A program made the position numbers and the translations under genes. From assembly GCF_055900595.2 (NCBI RefSeq), contig NZ_CM148325.1: a stretch of 64,000 nucleotides of DNA; one strand, written 5' to 3'. Shown here piece after piece: positions 1-9,359 of this stretch. The notes under the pieces were generated by a model, which saw only the letters and a program-made list of their open reading frames with translations, was not told the DNA's origin and did no database searches. The first letter of the stretch is position 1. Each line of letters begins with the position of its first letter.

Positions 1-1
1 T

Positions 2-670
2 GCGGAAGTCTCGGATATAAAAAAACACCCGCGACTTGAGGACGTCAATAAGGGGTGGCTGCAGGATATCAGGGACCAGGCCCCGCAACGCGTCATGAAA
101 GACGTGATGCTGACTGCGCGCAATATGGACAATTCGGTGGCATACACAGGCAGATACGCCAATCCCGATGCACTGGTCCAGGATGCACGCTCATCCCTGC
201 TTGATGAATGGCACAAGGACGCAGACGACCTCGTTGTCATCATGGGGCGAAACCTCTTTAACTCCCTGCGCCTGCCGGTCCTGAACAGTATCAGCATGCA
301 GAATGCGAATGCCGAACTGCTTGCCGGACAGCTCATTGTGTCAACGCGGACCATTGGCGGCCTTGATGTGTACCTTGCGCCATTTTTCCCGGCTCAGTCA
401 ATGCTCATCACCTCATTCAGCAACCTGTCGGTTTACTGGCAGAAGGGGTCCATGCGTCGTCTCATGAAGGATGAGCCCGAATACAACCGTATCGCCATCT
501 ATCAGTCCGTTAACGACTGCTATGTGGTTGAGGACCATGGTAAGTGCGCACTGATTGAGAATATCAGCTTTGCCACATATGACCATGACGCGCCGGACTG
601 GTACCGGGAGGGCATAAAAGCACTGTCAGCGCAGGCTGAAGACAAGGATGCAGGGGAAGAGGAGGATTAA
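2..670 (+). CDS. Phage major capsid protein, C-terminal portion (P2 gpN-like); 5' end lies outside the window
   Basis: Reading frame is open from position 2; sits immediately upstream of a gpM-like terminase subunit as in the P2 N-M-L order; acidic C-terminal tail. Confidence 0.55.
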   Translation, partial: AEVSDIKKHPRLEDVNKGWLQDIRDQAPQRVMKDVMLTARNMDNSVAYTGRYANPDALVQDARSSLLDEWHKDADDLVVIMGRNLFNSLRLPVLNSISMQNANAELLAGQLIVSTRTIGGLDVYLAPFFPAQSMLITSFSNLSVYWQKGSMRRLMKDEPEYNRIAIYQSVNDCYVVEDHGKCALIENISFATYDHDAPDWYREGIKALSAQAEDKDAGEEED

Positions 671-672
671 CC

Positions 673-1449
673 ATGCTGACACCGGCACAGGCTCATTTCC
701 AGCACGTGATGGCTTTACGGGCAGGAACGGCAGCAGAAAACGAGGATATCGTGGCCCGCACGGCTCATGAGCAGGTCCTTCACCGTCTGCGCCTGGCACA
801 GCAACGCATAAAGGGCGTCCAGGCAAAAGCGGCAAAGGCCGCGCTCAAGCGTGAAATGCTGCCGGGTTTTGCAGGCTGGATAGACGGCACGCTGGAAGCC
901 GACGGCGGACAGCAGGATGAGGTGATAGCCACACTCATGGTGTGGGCCGTGGACTGTGGCGACCTGGCGCTTGCACTGCGCATCGGGGATTATGTGGTTC
1001 GCCACAACCTCACGATGCCTGACAACTTCGGGCGTACGGCAGCCACGGTACTGACCGAGGAAATCTGCAACCCTGTTCTGACACAGGCCGGAACGGATGC
1101 ACACGCCGATTTGTCCGGCTACATCGAACCGCTGGACACCCTCTGGCAAATTGTCGCGAACCGGGACATGCCCGATGAGGTCCGCGCCAAGCTGTGCAAG
1201 GCATGCGCCTTTGCCCGTCGTGGCCTGACCGATGCCGACAGCATGGCGGTGAGTCTGAAGCTGTTCCGTGAGGCAATGCACCTTAACCCGAATGCGGGGG
1301 TAAAACGTGAGATTGCCACGCTTTCACGGGCCCTGAAAAAGGCCGGACAGGATGAAGCCGCTGCCGCACAGGAGCCTGCGGCACAGAAAGATACAACCAG
1401 AGAACAGACCACGACGCCGAAGGCGAAAGCGAAGGCGAAACGTGGTTAA
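673..1449 (+). CDS. Phage terminase endonuclease (small) subunit, P2 gpM-like
   Basis: 258-aa ORF; size and position between capsid and head-completion genes match P2 gpM (about 247 aa). Confidence 0.65.
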   Translation: MLTPAQAHFQHVMALRAGTAAENEDIVARTAHEQVLHRLRLAQQRIKGVQAKAAKAALKREMLPGFAGWIDGTLEADGGQQDEVIATLMVWAVDCGDLALALRIGDYVVRHNLTMPDNFGRTAATVLTEEICNPVLTQAGTDAHADLSGYIEPLDTLWQIVANRDMPDEVRAKLCKACAFARRGLTDADSMAVSLKLFREAMHLNPNAGVKREIATLSRALKKAGQDEAAAAQEPAAQKDTTREQTTTPKAKAKAKRG

Positions 1450-1550
1450 CGGCTGACCCCGTCAGAAGGCGGCGTGCCGGGCGTTCCGGTTACGGTTTTC
1501 CGTTCCCCTTACACCCGGCACCCACCGCTTTTTTTCTGAAGGAGCGATTT

Positions 1551-2045
1551 ATGAGCATGGTCGCAAGACCGGAAGCCGCCCCTGCACGGGACGATATCCC
1601 CGACACCGACGACGGCGACGCCACCATCACCGCCGGGGCATTCTGGCCGGAGATTGTGCTGCGGGAGCTGCGCCTTGCAGTACGCCTGCCGGGCCGCATC
1701 ACCTCCACACGTCTGGCGCACGTTGCCACGGGAGCCGTGGCTCACGTCACGCGGGAGCTGGAAGAGTGGCAGAAGGCGCAGTCTGCCGCAGGGTTCAGCA
1801 TCCTCGCAGAAGTGCCTGCCGCCACCATCAACGGTGAGAGCGTCAACGTATGGCATTACCGCAACGCCGTCTACAGCGCCACCCGCGCCCTGATTCTGGA
1901 ACGCTGGCGGGATGTGGACACCACTGATAAAGGGGACCGCCGGGCTGACGCACTGGATGAGCAGATGGAAGACTTATGGCGCGATGTGCGCTGGTCCGTG
2001 GCAGATATTCTGGGTCGCCCCCGTCTTTTTGCGGAGCTGGTGTGA
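1551..2045 (+). CDS. Head completion/stabilisation protein, P2 gpL-like
   Basis: 164-aa ORF (P2 gpL about 169 aa); stop overlaps start of the next gene (ATGA at 2043-2047). Confidence 0.65.
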   Translation: MSMVARPEAAPARDDIPDTDDGDATITAGAFWPEIVLRELRLAVRLPGRITSTRLAHVATGAVAHVTRELEEWQKAQSAAGFSILAEVPAATINGESVNVWHYRNAVYSATRALILERWRDVDTTDKGDRRADALDEQMEDLWRDVRWSVADILGRPRLFAELV

Positions 2046-2242
2046 TGAAAGTGAGGGCACTCCAGGGGGATACCGTCGATTTACTCTGTTTCCGGCACTA
2101 CGGCACCACGCAGGGGGTGACCGCACAGGTACTTGATGCCAATCCAGGGCTCTGCCGCCAGGTAATTCTGGAAGCGGGACAGGAGGTGGAGATGCCGGAG
2201 CCGGAAAGGAAACAGCAACGCGAAAAGGTAAAGCTATGGTGA
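2045..2242 (+). CDS. Small tail protein, P2 gpX-like
   Basis: Internal ATG at 2045 of the 1976..2242 ORF gives a 65-aa product starting MKVRALQGDTVD, resembling P2 gpX (about 67 aa). Confidence 0.6.
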   Translation: MKVRALQGDTVDLLCFRHYGTTQGVTAQVLDANPGLCRQVILEAGQEVEMPEPERKQQREKVKLW

Positions 2243-2526
2243 CGGGATTTTTTCAGCGCGTCAGTGACTGGATCACCTTCTGGGCGTCAGTGACGGCAAC
2301 AACCATTGGTGTTATGACCATCAGCGAAAAAATTGCGCTGGCCGGGCTGCTTCTGGGGTCACTTTCCGCCATCCATGCCTGGTGCCACCGCAGGCGTACG
2401 GAGCAGGCAATGAAGCGCCGCAATGACCTTATCGCCCGCATCCTGGCACGTTCAGAAAACCGCGAGCTTCACGACGGTGAGAGACGGGCACTGGACAGCG
2501 TGAGACAGGACGGAGAAGAGCGGTGA
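2236..2526 (+). CDS. Holin (two predicted transmembrane segments, basic C-terminus)
   Basis: 96-aa ORF with hydrophobic stretches followed by a charged tail; directly upstream of the endolysin. Confidence 0.55.
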   Translation: MVTGFFQRVSDWITFWASVTATTIGVMTISEKIALAGLLLGSLSAIHAWCHRRRTEQAMKRRNDLIARILARSENRELHDGERRALDSVRQDGEER

Positions 2527-3068
2527 AACTGCCGGTAAAACGTTATGCGGTGGCGGCCATTGTGGCGCTGGGCGTCTCCATGGCACCCGGTGAACTGAGA
2601 ACCTCACGGGAAGCACAGATAAAAATCGCCACCCGGGAAGAGTGCCGGGCGACACCGTACCGTGATATTGCAGGAGTAATGACCGTGGGATGTGGTTCAA
2701 CAGGGGGCGTGGAGAACCGGGTTTACGGAGAAAAGGAGGTGGCCCGCCGCTGGGTGAATGACCTGCGGCACGCGGAAAACTGTATCAACCAGAACTTCAG
2801 CGGTGCCGCCATGCCCCAGTCCGCCTTTGAGGCGATGACCGACGCGGCGTTCAACGTCGGCTGTACCGGCCTGATGTGGTACCGGGACAGGAGCGGCAAC
2901 CGGCAGCGCACCACCATCTGGAAGCACGCACAGGCGCACCGCTGGGTGGCGATGTGCGGGAGACTGACCGATTTTGTCAACAGTGGCGGACGCCGCTCAC
3001 AGGGGCTGGTTAACCGCCGGGAGGAGTTCAGACAGTGGTGTCTTCGCGACACGGGAGGCAGCACATGA
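2523..3068 (+). CDS. SAR (signal-anchor-release) endolysin, T4-lysozyme-like (GH24)
   Basis: N-terminal weakly hydrophobic Ala/Gly/Val-rich segment (AVAAIVALGVSMAPG), then an E-x8-D-x5-T spacing (EECRATPYRDIAGVMT); resembles the phage 21 R / P1 Lyz class. Confidence 0.7.
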   Translation: MKLPVKRYAVAAIVALGVSMAPGELRTSREAQIKIATREECRATPYRDIAGVMTVGCGSTGGVENRVYGEKEVARRWVNDLRHAENCINQNFSGAAMPQSAFEAMTDAAFNVGCTGLMWYRDRSGNRQRTTIWKHAQAHRWVAMCGRLTDFVNSGGRRSQGLVNRREEFRQWCLRDTGGST

Positions 3069-3472
3069 GACCGGTTTACGCCGTGATTGTTGCCCTCATG
3101 GTGACCACCCTGACGGCGGCGGCCATGTGGCAGTCATACCGGCTGGGGCGTGCCGGTGAGGCACGTGACGCCGCAGAGCAGCAGCTGGGCGAATACAGCC
3201 GGGCGCTGCGTGAGTCCTCCGCCGTTATCAGCGATGCCTCCGCCGTACTGCATGAGGTGATGACGCAGCGACAGAAAAGGGCACAGGAAGGAGAAGTCAG
3301 ACGTGAACAGCTTCGCGAAATTGCTGCGACGGATGAGTGCGCCGGCACTCTTCCTGACCACCGTTTTACTGACCGGCTGCGCGAACACACGGAACGCGCC
3401 ACTGCCCGCGCCCTCCTTCCGGTTCATTCCGGCGGGACTGACGACGGGAACACGGCCCCCGCCCTTCCCTGA
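3065..3472 (+). CDS. i-spanin (Rz / LysB-like)
   Basis: ATG at 3065 overlaps the endolysin stop; N-terminal TM segment followed by a charged, coiled-coil-like periplasmic domain. Confidence 0.55.
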   Translation: MRPVYAVIVALMVTTLTAAAMWQSYRLGRAGEARDAAEQQLGEYSRALRESSAVISDASAVLHEVMTQRQKRAQEGEVRREQLREIAATDECAGTLPDHRFTDRLREHTERATARALLPVHSGGTDDGNTAPALP

Positions 3473-3617
3473 ACACCCCACCTGGGGAAATATCGGGATA
3501 TGGAGCGACAGCCTCCTGGATGCACTGGAAACCTGCAACGCAGACAAACGGGCCATTGAGGCGATGGAGCGCCGGAGACTCAACCGACAGAACGGAGAGG
3601 CGCATGCTGAAAAGTAA
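3303..3617 (+). CDS. o-spanin lipoprotein (Rz1 / LysC-like), overlapping the i-spanin out of frame
   Basis: Lipobox LLTGC after a signal-like segment, proline-rich mature region; starts inside the Rz-like gene in another frame and runs past its stop. Confidence 0.5.
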   Translation: MNSFAKLLRRMSAPALFLTTVLLTGCANTRNAPLPAPSFRFIPAGLTTGTRPPPFPEHPTWGNIGIWSDSLLDALETCNADKRAIEAMERRRLNRQNGEAHAEK

Positions 3618-4068
3618 ATCCCTGAGCACACACATGAGTACAGCGTGCCGGTGGTGCAGGGCCAACCCGGAAAAGTTCACCGTGTTCATTGAACGTGGCG
3701 GGATAGAGACCACCGGCGAGACGCCGACGTTCGTGTACAACTACCGGCTGGTGATGTTCGTGATGGACTACACGGGCGATCTGGACAACCTGACGCTTCC
3801 ACTGATTGTCTGGCTGGCAGAGAACCAGCCGCAGTTGCTGCTTAATCCTGAGCGCAACAACGATATTCAGTTCACGGCGGCCATTAACGACGACGACAGC
3901 GCGGACGTGCTGTTTGAGCTGCCGTTACGTGAACGCGTGCGCGTCACCCGCAGGGATGACGGCACCCTCATGACAGAACATCTACCGGAGCCGAAATCAC
4001 GCATCCCGCAGGACGGCGACTGGTCACACATTCTGGAGGATGTGACGTGGAACATTGTCACCGGATAA
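3604..4068 (+). CDS. Tail completion protein, P2 gpR-like
   Basis: ATG at 3604 gives 154 aa (P2 gpR about 155 aa); position after the lysis cassette matches P2. Confidence 0.6.
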   Translation: MLKSKSLSTHMSTACRWCRANPEKFTVFIERGGIETTGETPTFVYNYRLVMFVMDYTGDLDNLTLPLIVWLAENQPQLLLNPERNNDIQFTAAINDDDSADVLFELPLRERVRVTRRDDGTLMTEHLPEPKSRIPQDGDWSHILEDVTWNIVTG

Positions 4069-4083
4069 CACGCGGAGAATGTT

Positions 4084-4740
4084 ATGGGGAAACTGAGATA
4101 CCGTAACCTCGTTCCCGCTGAAGGAATGAGTAACATGTTTGTCAATATCCGGCTGGCAACCAGCCCGCAGGCAGTGAAGCGCATTGCCGCGCATGTGGGT
4201 AAGGAGCTGCGGCGCGTGAACCAGAGCCGGATGCGCGCCCAGAAAGCGCCGGACGGTTCGGTGTGGACACGCCGTAAACGCCGTATATCACGCCTTCAGG
4301 AGCGCATCAGCTTTATCTGGCAAAACCAGAACCGCACCCTGAAAAACTGGCATCACGGTTCAGGAAAATACGGCCAGACCATCACCGGCTGGGATGAAGA
4401 CCGGAGCGGCATACGTACCTTTTACCGGAGTGATATCCTCCGTTTCCTTGAAATCAGGACACGCCGCATCAACCGTGACACCACAAAAACGGTGCCGATG
4501 TTTGCGAAGCTGCGCACGGCCCGTTATCTGAAAGTGAAGGCGGACGCATCAGGCGTGACGGTGGGCTACAGCGGCGTGGCGGCACGCATTGCCCGCGTTC
4601 ACCAGTTCGGGGAGCGCGACCGGGTGGCCGCAGGGATGTATACGGATTATCCGGCCCGTGAACTTCTTGGAATAACACCGGCAGATGAACGACTTATTCA
4701 GCGTATCATTATGGACAATATCGCGAGGGCTGTGGCATGA
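4084..4740 (+). CDS. Tail completion / virion morphogenesis protein, P2 gpS-like (longer than P2 gpS)
   Basis: 218-aa ORF between R-like and V-like genes; start codon uncertain. Confidence 0.55.
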   Translation: MGKLRYRNLVPAEGMSNMFVNIRLATSPQAVKRIAAHVGKELRRVNQSRMRAQKAPDGSVWTRRKRRISRLQERISFIWQNQNRTLKNWHHGSGKYGQTITGWDEDRSGIRTFYRSDILRFLEIRTRRINRDTTKTVPMFAKLRTARYLKVKADASGVTVGYSGVAARIARVHQFGERDRVAAGMYTDYPARELLGITPADERLIQRIIMDNIARAVA

Positions 4741-5318
4741 ACGCGGAATTAATGCGCCTTATCAGCAACATCATCAGAACCGGCGTGATTTTCGACGTGA
4801 ACCCGCAGACCTGGGAGGTCCGGGTGCGCAGTGGCGGACTGGAGACAGGCTGGCTTCGCTGGAGCACCGCGCGGGCGGGCGCGTTCAGTGTCTGGGTGCC
4901 GCCAGCCACCGGTGAACAGGTGGCGTTCGTCTGTATCGGTGGTAATCCCGAAACCGCGATAATCATCGGCAGCCTCTGGAGCGATGATATCCCGGCACCG
5001 GGCAGCACACTGAAGGAAATCATCATGACAGCACCGGACGGTGCGGTATTCCGCTACGATGCAGACGCCGGTGCACTGGAGGTTAAGGGGATTAAAACAG
5101 CCAGCATTCAGGCCGACACGCGCATCACCCTGGACACGTCGGAGGTGGTGTGTACCCGCAAACTTATCACCGCCACCCTGGAGGTGCAGAACGGCGGCGA
5201 GATGCGCGGCAGCATATCCCACAGCGGCGGCAGCCTGACATCCAACGGTATCACCGTTCATACGCACACCCACGGTGGCGTCAGGACGGGCCCGGGCACC
5301 ACGGGAGGCCCGCAATGA
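4737..5318 (+). CDS. Baseplate assembly / spike protein, P2 gpV-like
   Basis: 193-aa ORF with Gly-rich C-terminus (HTHTHGGVRTGPGTTGGPQ); overlaps neighbours by 4 nt on each side. Confidence 0.7.
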   Translation: MNAELMRLISNIIRTGVIFDVNPQTWEVRVRSGGLETGWLRWSTARAGAFSVWVPPATGEQVAFVCIGGNPETAIIIGSLWSDDIPAPGSTLKEIIMTAPDGAVFRYDADAGALEVKGIKTASIQADTRITLDTSEVVCTRKLITATLEVQNGGEMRGSISHSGGSLTSNGITVHTHTHGGVRTGPGTTGGPQ

Positions 5319-5665
5319 CCGCTGTTTACAGGGGGATGAACCCGCAGGGAACCGGCACGCTGAGCGACAGCGAACACCTGAAAAACAGCGTGCGGGATAT
5401 CCTGACCACACCGCCAGGCAGCCGGGTGATGCGCCGCGAATACGGCAGCCTGTTACCGGACCTCATCGACGAGCCCATGAACGACACCACGCGTTTACAG
5501 TGCATGAGCGCCACGGTGACTGCGCTGGCGCGCCATGAACCCCGTATAGCACTGCAGAACGTCGATGTGAACTGGCGGGCTGGCGGACGCGCCGTGGTGA
5601 CGTTATCCGGCATCATCACCGAAACCATGCAGAACATCACATTCAGTATCACCCTGAGGGAGTAA
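5315..5665 (+). CDS. Baseplate wedge protein, P2 gpW-like (gp25-like)
   Basis: ATG at 5315 overlapping the V-like stop; 116 aa (P2 gpW 115 aa). Confidence 0.7.
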   Translation: MTAVYRGMNPQGTGTLSDSEHLKNSVRDILTTPPGSRVMRREYGSLLPDLIDEPMNDTTRLQCMSATVTALARHEPRIALQNVDVNWRAGGRAVVTLSGIITETMQNITFSITLRE

Positions 5666-5668
5666 ATC

Positions 5669-6565
5669 ATGCCTTCCGTTGACCTGTCACAGTTACCGGA
5701 ACCGGCCATCATCGCGCAGCCGGATTTTGAGTCCATCCTGGCAGACATTAAAACCATGATGGTGAGCTCCTTCCCGGAAGAATACCGCGCCGCCGTCACC
5801 CGTGCCCTTACTCTGGAATCCGAGCCATTGAACATCATTTCCCAGGCCATGGCCTTTCGTGAAATGCTGCTTCGCCAGCGCATCAATGAAGCCGCCCGCG
5901 CCTGCATGCTCAGCCTCAGCCGGGGCAGTGACCTGGACAATCTGGCCGCCAACAACAACACCCGCCGCCTGGTCATTCATCCGGCCACTGATACCACGGA
6001 AGCAGTGATGGAAAGCGACACATCGCTGCGTCTGCGTGCCCAGTCAGCCTGGGACGGCCTGAGTGTGGCCGGACCGTCCGGCGCGTATGAGTATTTTGCC
6101 CGGAGCGCAAGCGGTCTTGTCCGTGATGCGCGCGCCATCAGCCCGTCACCGGCCACAGTCACCGTCTCCATCCTGTCAGCAGACGGTGACGGCACCGCCG
6201 GTGAGGCGTTACTGAACACGGTGCGCACCGCCCTGAATGCCGAGAACGTGCGCCCGGTTGCCGACCGCCTGACTGTGCAGAGTGCTACCATCGTGAACTG
6301 GGTAATGGAAGCGAAGCTGTATTTTTATCCAGGGCCGGAGTCTGAACCCATGCTTGCGGCCGCTGACGCCGCTTTCCGTGCATGGCTGGCAGACCAGGGC
6401 CGTATCGGTCAGGACGTGGCCCTGTCAGCCATCACTGCAGCGCTGCATGTTCACGGTGTCCAGCGCGTTGAGGTCATAAAACCCACGCAGAACATCACCA
6501 TCAGTGACACTCAGGCAGCCAGATGTACCACATTCAGCATCAGCGAAGGAGGACGCAATGAGTGA
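5669..6565 (+). CDS. Baseplate assembly protein, P2 gpJ-like
   Basis: 298 aa (P2 gpJ about 302 aa), conserved position. Confidence 0.7.
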   Translation: MPSVDLSQLPEPAIIAQPDFESILADIKTMMVSSFPEEYRAAVTRALTLESEPLNIISQAMAFREMLLRQRINEAARACMLSLSRGSDLDNLAANNNTRRLVIHPATDTTEAVMESDTSLRLRAQSAWDGLSVAGPSGAYEYFARSASGLVRDARAISPSPATVTVSILSADGDGTAGEALLNTVRTALNAENVRPVADRLTVQSATIVNWVMEAKLYFYPGPESEPMLAAADAAFRAWLADQGRIGQDVALSAITAALHVHGVQRVEVIKPTQNITISDTQAARCTTFSISEGGRNE

Positions 6566-7121
6566 CAGGAAAAAAACAGACAGCGCACAGCACAGTACAT
6601 CACTGCTTCCACCGTCCGCAGGGCCATTCATGCGCGCCACAGAGGCGACAGGAGTACGCATCAGTACCATACCGGTGGACGCCGACACCCTGTGGTCGCC
6701 GGACCGCTGCCCTGCTCACCTCCTGCCCTACCTTGCATGGGCATGTTCCGTTGACTGCTGGGACCGCAACTGGCCGGAAGAGACCAGGCGACAGGTGATT
6801 CGGGACGCATGGATGATACATCGCCACAAAGGGACCATCAGTGCACTCCGCCGCATCGTTGAACCACTGGGCTACCTCATCCGTGTATCAGAATGGTGGG
6901 AGTTTGACGGCTCGCCCGGGACCTTCACCATTGAGATTGGCACACTTGAAACCGGAGTAAGTGAAGAGCTGCATGAAGAAATGGAGCGTCTGATTGCCGA
7001 TGCGCGCCCCGTCAGCCGCCACCTCGTGGGGCTTAGTATCATCCAGGAAATACACGGTGCCATTTACGACGCTGCCGCAGGTTACGACGGCGACATCATC
7101 ACCATTTACCCGGAAGACTGA
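6558..7121 (+). CDS. Baseplate/tail protein, P2 gpI-like
   Basis: ATG at 6558 overlaps the J-like stop by 8 nt; 187 aa. Confidence 0.65.
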   Translation: MSDRKKTDSAQHSTSLLPPSAGPFMRATEATGVRISTIPVDADTLWSPDRCPAHLLPYLAWACSVDCWDRNWPEETRRQVIRDAWMIHRHKGTISALRRIVEPLGYLIRVSEWWEFDGSPGTFTIEIGTLETGVSEELHEEMERLIADARPVSRHLVGLSIIQEIHGAIYDAAAGYDGDIITIYPED

Positions 7122-7124
7122 ACC

Positions 7125-9359
7125 ATGAGCACGAGAAAATTCAGAACCCTTATCACCGACATCGGGCTGGCAAAGCTGGCCGCAACAACGGCGCCTGGCG
7201 GTAGACCTGTACGCCTTACGCACATGGCTGTAGGGGACGGCAATGGAGAGCTTCGTCAGCCGCAGAAAAACCAGACATCGCTTTACAATGAGGTTTGGCG
7301 CCAGTCTGTCAACCGCGTCTTCACCGACCCGGAGAACCCGAACCGCCTCATCGCCGAACTGGTCATTCCTCCTGAAACCGGCGGATTCTGGGTGCGTGAA
7401 ATTGGTGTGTTTGATGATACAGGTACAATGATTGCAGTAGGAAATACCGCTGAAAGTTACAAGCCCACCAGAGAGGAAGGTTCAGGGCGGGCGCAGATAT
7501 TCCGTGCAGTAATCACCGTCACCTCCGACGCCGTGGTGGAACTGGTCATGGACACAACAACAATTCTGCCGACCACGGACTACATTGATGAGAAAATGGC
7601 GGAACACGCACGTTCCCGTAACCACCCTGACGCGACACTGACAGAAAAAGGATTCACCCAACTGAGCAGCGCCACAAACAGCACCTCTGAAACACTGGCC
7701 GCCACACCGAAGGCCGTCAAGGCTGCATATGACCTTGCAGCCGGTAAAGCACCCGCCAGCCACACCCACCCGTGGAATCAGATAACTGGTGTGCCATCAG
7801 CCTCGCTGACGGCAAAAGGCACCGTACAGCTGAGCAGTGCCACAAACAGTGAGTCAGAGACTGAGGCGGCCACCCCCAAAGCGGTTAAAGCCTTACACGA
7901 TATGGTGACGAGCAAGTATACAGGACAGGATGCAACCACCGGACGCAAAGGCATCGTACAGCTGAGCAGCGCCACAAACAGCAATTCCGAAACACTGGCG
8001 GCCACACCGAAGGCAGTAAGTGATGCACTGAGCATGGCGTTCGTGAAGCCAACAACATCCCTGGGGGAAACAGACCTGAACACTCTGGGGCGTAAGGAAG
8101 ACGCGGGAGATTATTACCAGCAGAGTGACTCAGGTGCGAGAACAGACAGAAACTATCCTGTAGAGAAGGCAGGAGAGTTACGCATCCGTGTTGGTGCATG
8201 GGGATTCTGCCAGCATGAATACACGAGCTGGGATCCGCCACGAAAATTTATCAGGACAGTTACCGGAAACTTTAACGGTAACGGCCCATGGTCAGAGTGG
8301 GTGGAGGTGACAAACACAGATGCAACAACTGGACGCAAAGGCATCGTACAGCTGAGCAGCGATACAAACAGCAATTCCGAAACGCTGGCGGCCACACCAA
8401 GAGCCGTCAAGGCTGCATATGACCTTGCAGCCGGTAAAGCACCCGCCAGCCACACCCACCCGTGGAATCAGATAACAGGTGTGCCATCAGCCTCGCTGAC
8501 GGCAAAAGGCACCGTACAGCTGAGCAGTGCCACAAACAGTGAGTCAGAGACTGAGGCCGCCACCCCCAAAGCGGTTAAAGCCTTACACGATATGCTGACG
8601 AGCAAGTATACAGGACAGGATGCAACCACCGGACGCAAAGGCATCGTACAGCTAAGCAGCGCCACAAACAGCAATTCCGAAACGCTGGCGGCCACACCAA
8701 AAGCTGTTAAAGCTGCGTATGACCTTGCCAACAGCAAAGCCTCGGCAGCCCACACTCATCGCTGGGCTCAGATCACAGACGCCCCTGTTTTTTCGTCTGT
8801 TGCCCGCGTCATCATGGGTAAACAAAGCATAAAAGATATTCTTGATTACTTTGGTTTAGGAGAAGGCTCGACGCTGCCAGTTGGCGTACCCGTTCCGTGG
8901 CCTTCGTCAAGACCACCTGAGGGGTGGTTACAGTGCAACGGTGCCGCATTCACGCGTACAAAATACCCAAAACTGGCGGTGGCCTACCCTGACCTCAGGC
9001 TACCAGATTTGCGCGGGGAATTTATTCGTGGATGGGATGACCTGCGAATGATTGACAGGGGACGCTTATTGTTATCCACACAGGAAGCAACATATATTTG
9101 TACCGCCATACAGGCGTACCACGGCGTAGCGGGAGGTGCAGATATTCAGGCAGGGATTTCATTTGCATCACATGATAACGACATCATAAACATAACCCCT
9201 GATCAACCCAGAACCGGTAACGGCATCCTGTACGGCACAAAACCAGTTGACAGATGGGCAATAGCCAGAGCCGGTAAGCTGGTGAGTAATGAAAAAGACA
9301 GATGGATAGCGATCAGACCGCGCAATATCGCTTTTAATTATATTGTGAGGGCAGTTTAA
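7125..9359 (+). CDS. Tail fibre protein, P2 gpH-like, with internal repeat modules and a collar-like C-terminal domain
   Basis: 744 aa; conserved gpH-type N-terminus (MSTRKFRTLITDIGLAKLAATTAPGG...); repeated GIVQLSSATNS...ATPKAVKA motifs; C-terminus ends NIAFNYIVRAV. Confidence 0.75.
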   Translation: MSTRKFRTLITDIGLAKLAATTAPGGRPVRLTHMAVGDGNGELRQPQKNQTSLYNEVWRQSVNRVFTDPENPNRLIAELVIPPETGGFWVREIGVFDDTGTMIAVGNTAESYKPTREEGSGRAQIFRAVITVTSDAVVELVMDTTTILPTTDYIDEKMAEHARSRNHPDATLTEKGFTQLSSATNSTSETLAATPKAVKAAYDLAAGKAPASHTHPWNQITGVPSASLTAKGTVQLSSATNSESETEAATPKAVKALHDMVTSKYTGQDATTGRKGIVQLSSATNSNSETLAATPKAVSDALSMAFVKPTTSLGETDLNTLGRKEDAGDYYQQSDSGARTDRNYPVEKAGELRIRVGAWGFCQHEYTSWDPPRKFIRTVTGNFNGNGPWSEWVEVTNTDATTGRKGIVQLSSDTNSNSETLAATPRAVKAAYDLAAGKAPASHTHPWNQITGVPSASLTAKGTVQLSSATNSESETEAATPKAVKALHDMLTSKYTGQDATTGRKGIVQLSSATNSNSETLAATPKAVKAAYDLANSKASAAHTHRWAQITDAPVFSSVARVIMGKQSIKDILDYFGLGEGSTLPVGVPVPWPSSRPPEGWLQCNGAAFTRTKYPKLAVAYPDLRLPDLRGEFIRGWDDLRMIDRGRLLLSTQEATYICTAIQAYHGVAGGADIQAGISFASHDNDIINITPDQPRTGNGILYGTKPVDRWAIARAGKLVSNEKDRWIAIRPRNIAFNYIVRAV
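7705..8010. repeat. Direct repeat copy A inside the tail fibre gene (about 300 bp, near-identical to 8395-8700)
   Basis: Read by eye: the stretch gccgtcaaggctgcatatgaccttgcagccggtaaagcacccgccagccacacccacccgtggaatcagataac... recurs almost exactly. Confidence 0.6.
8395..8700. repeat. Direct repeat copy B inside the tail fibre gene
   Basis: Near-identical to 7705-8010; shorter partial copies of the GIVQLSSATNS module occur at about 7925 and 8630. Confidence 0.6.

Noticed and set aside
7482-8755. Several minus-strand ORFs of 95-118 aa inside the tail fibre gene
   Set aside because: They are antisense to the fibre repeat modules and share the same peptide (AALTAFGVAASVSE...) only because the underlying DNA is repeated; the plus-strand gene is clearly the real one.
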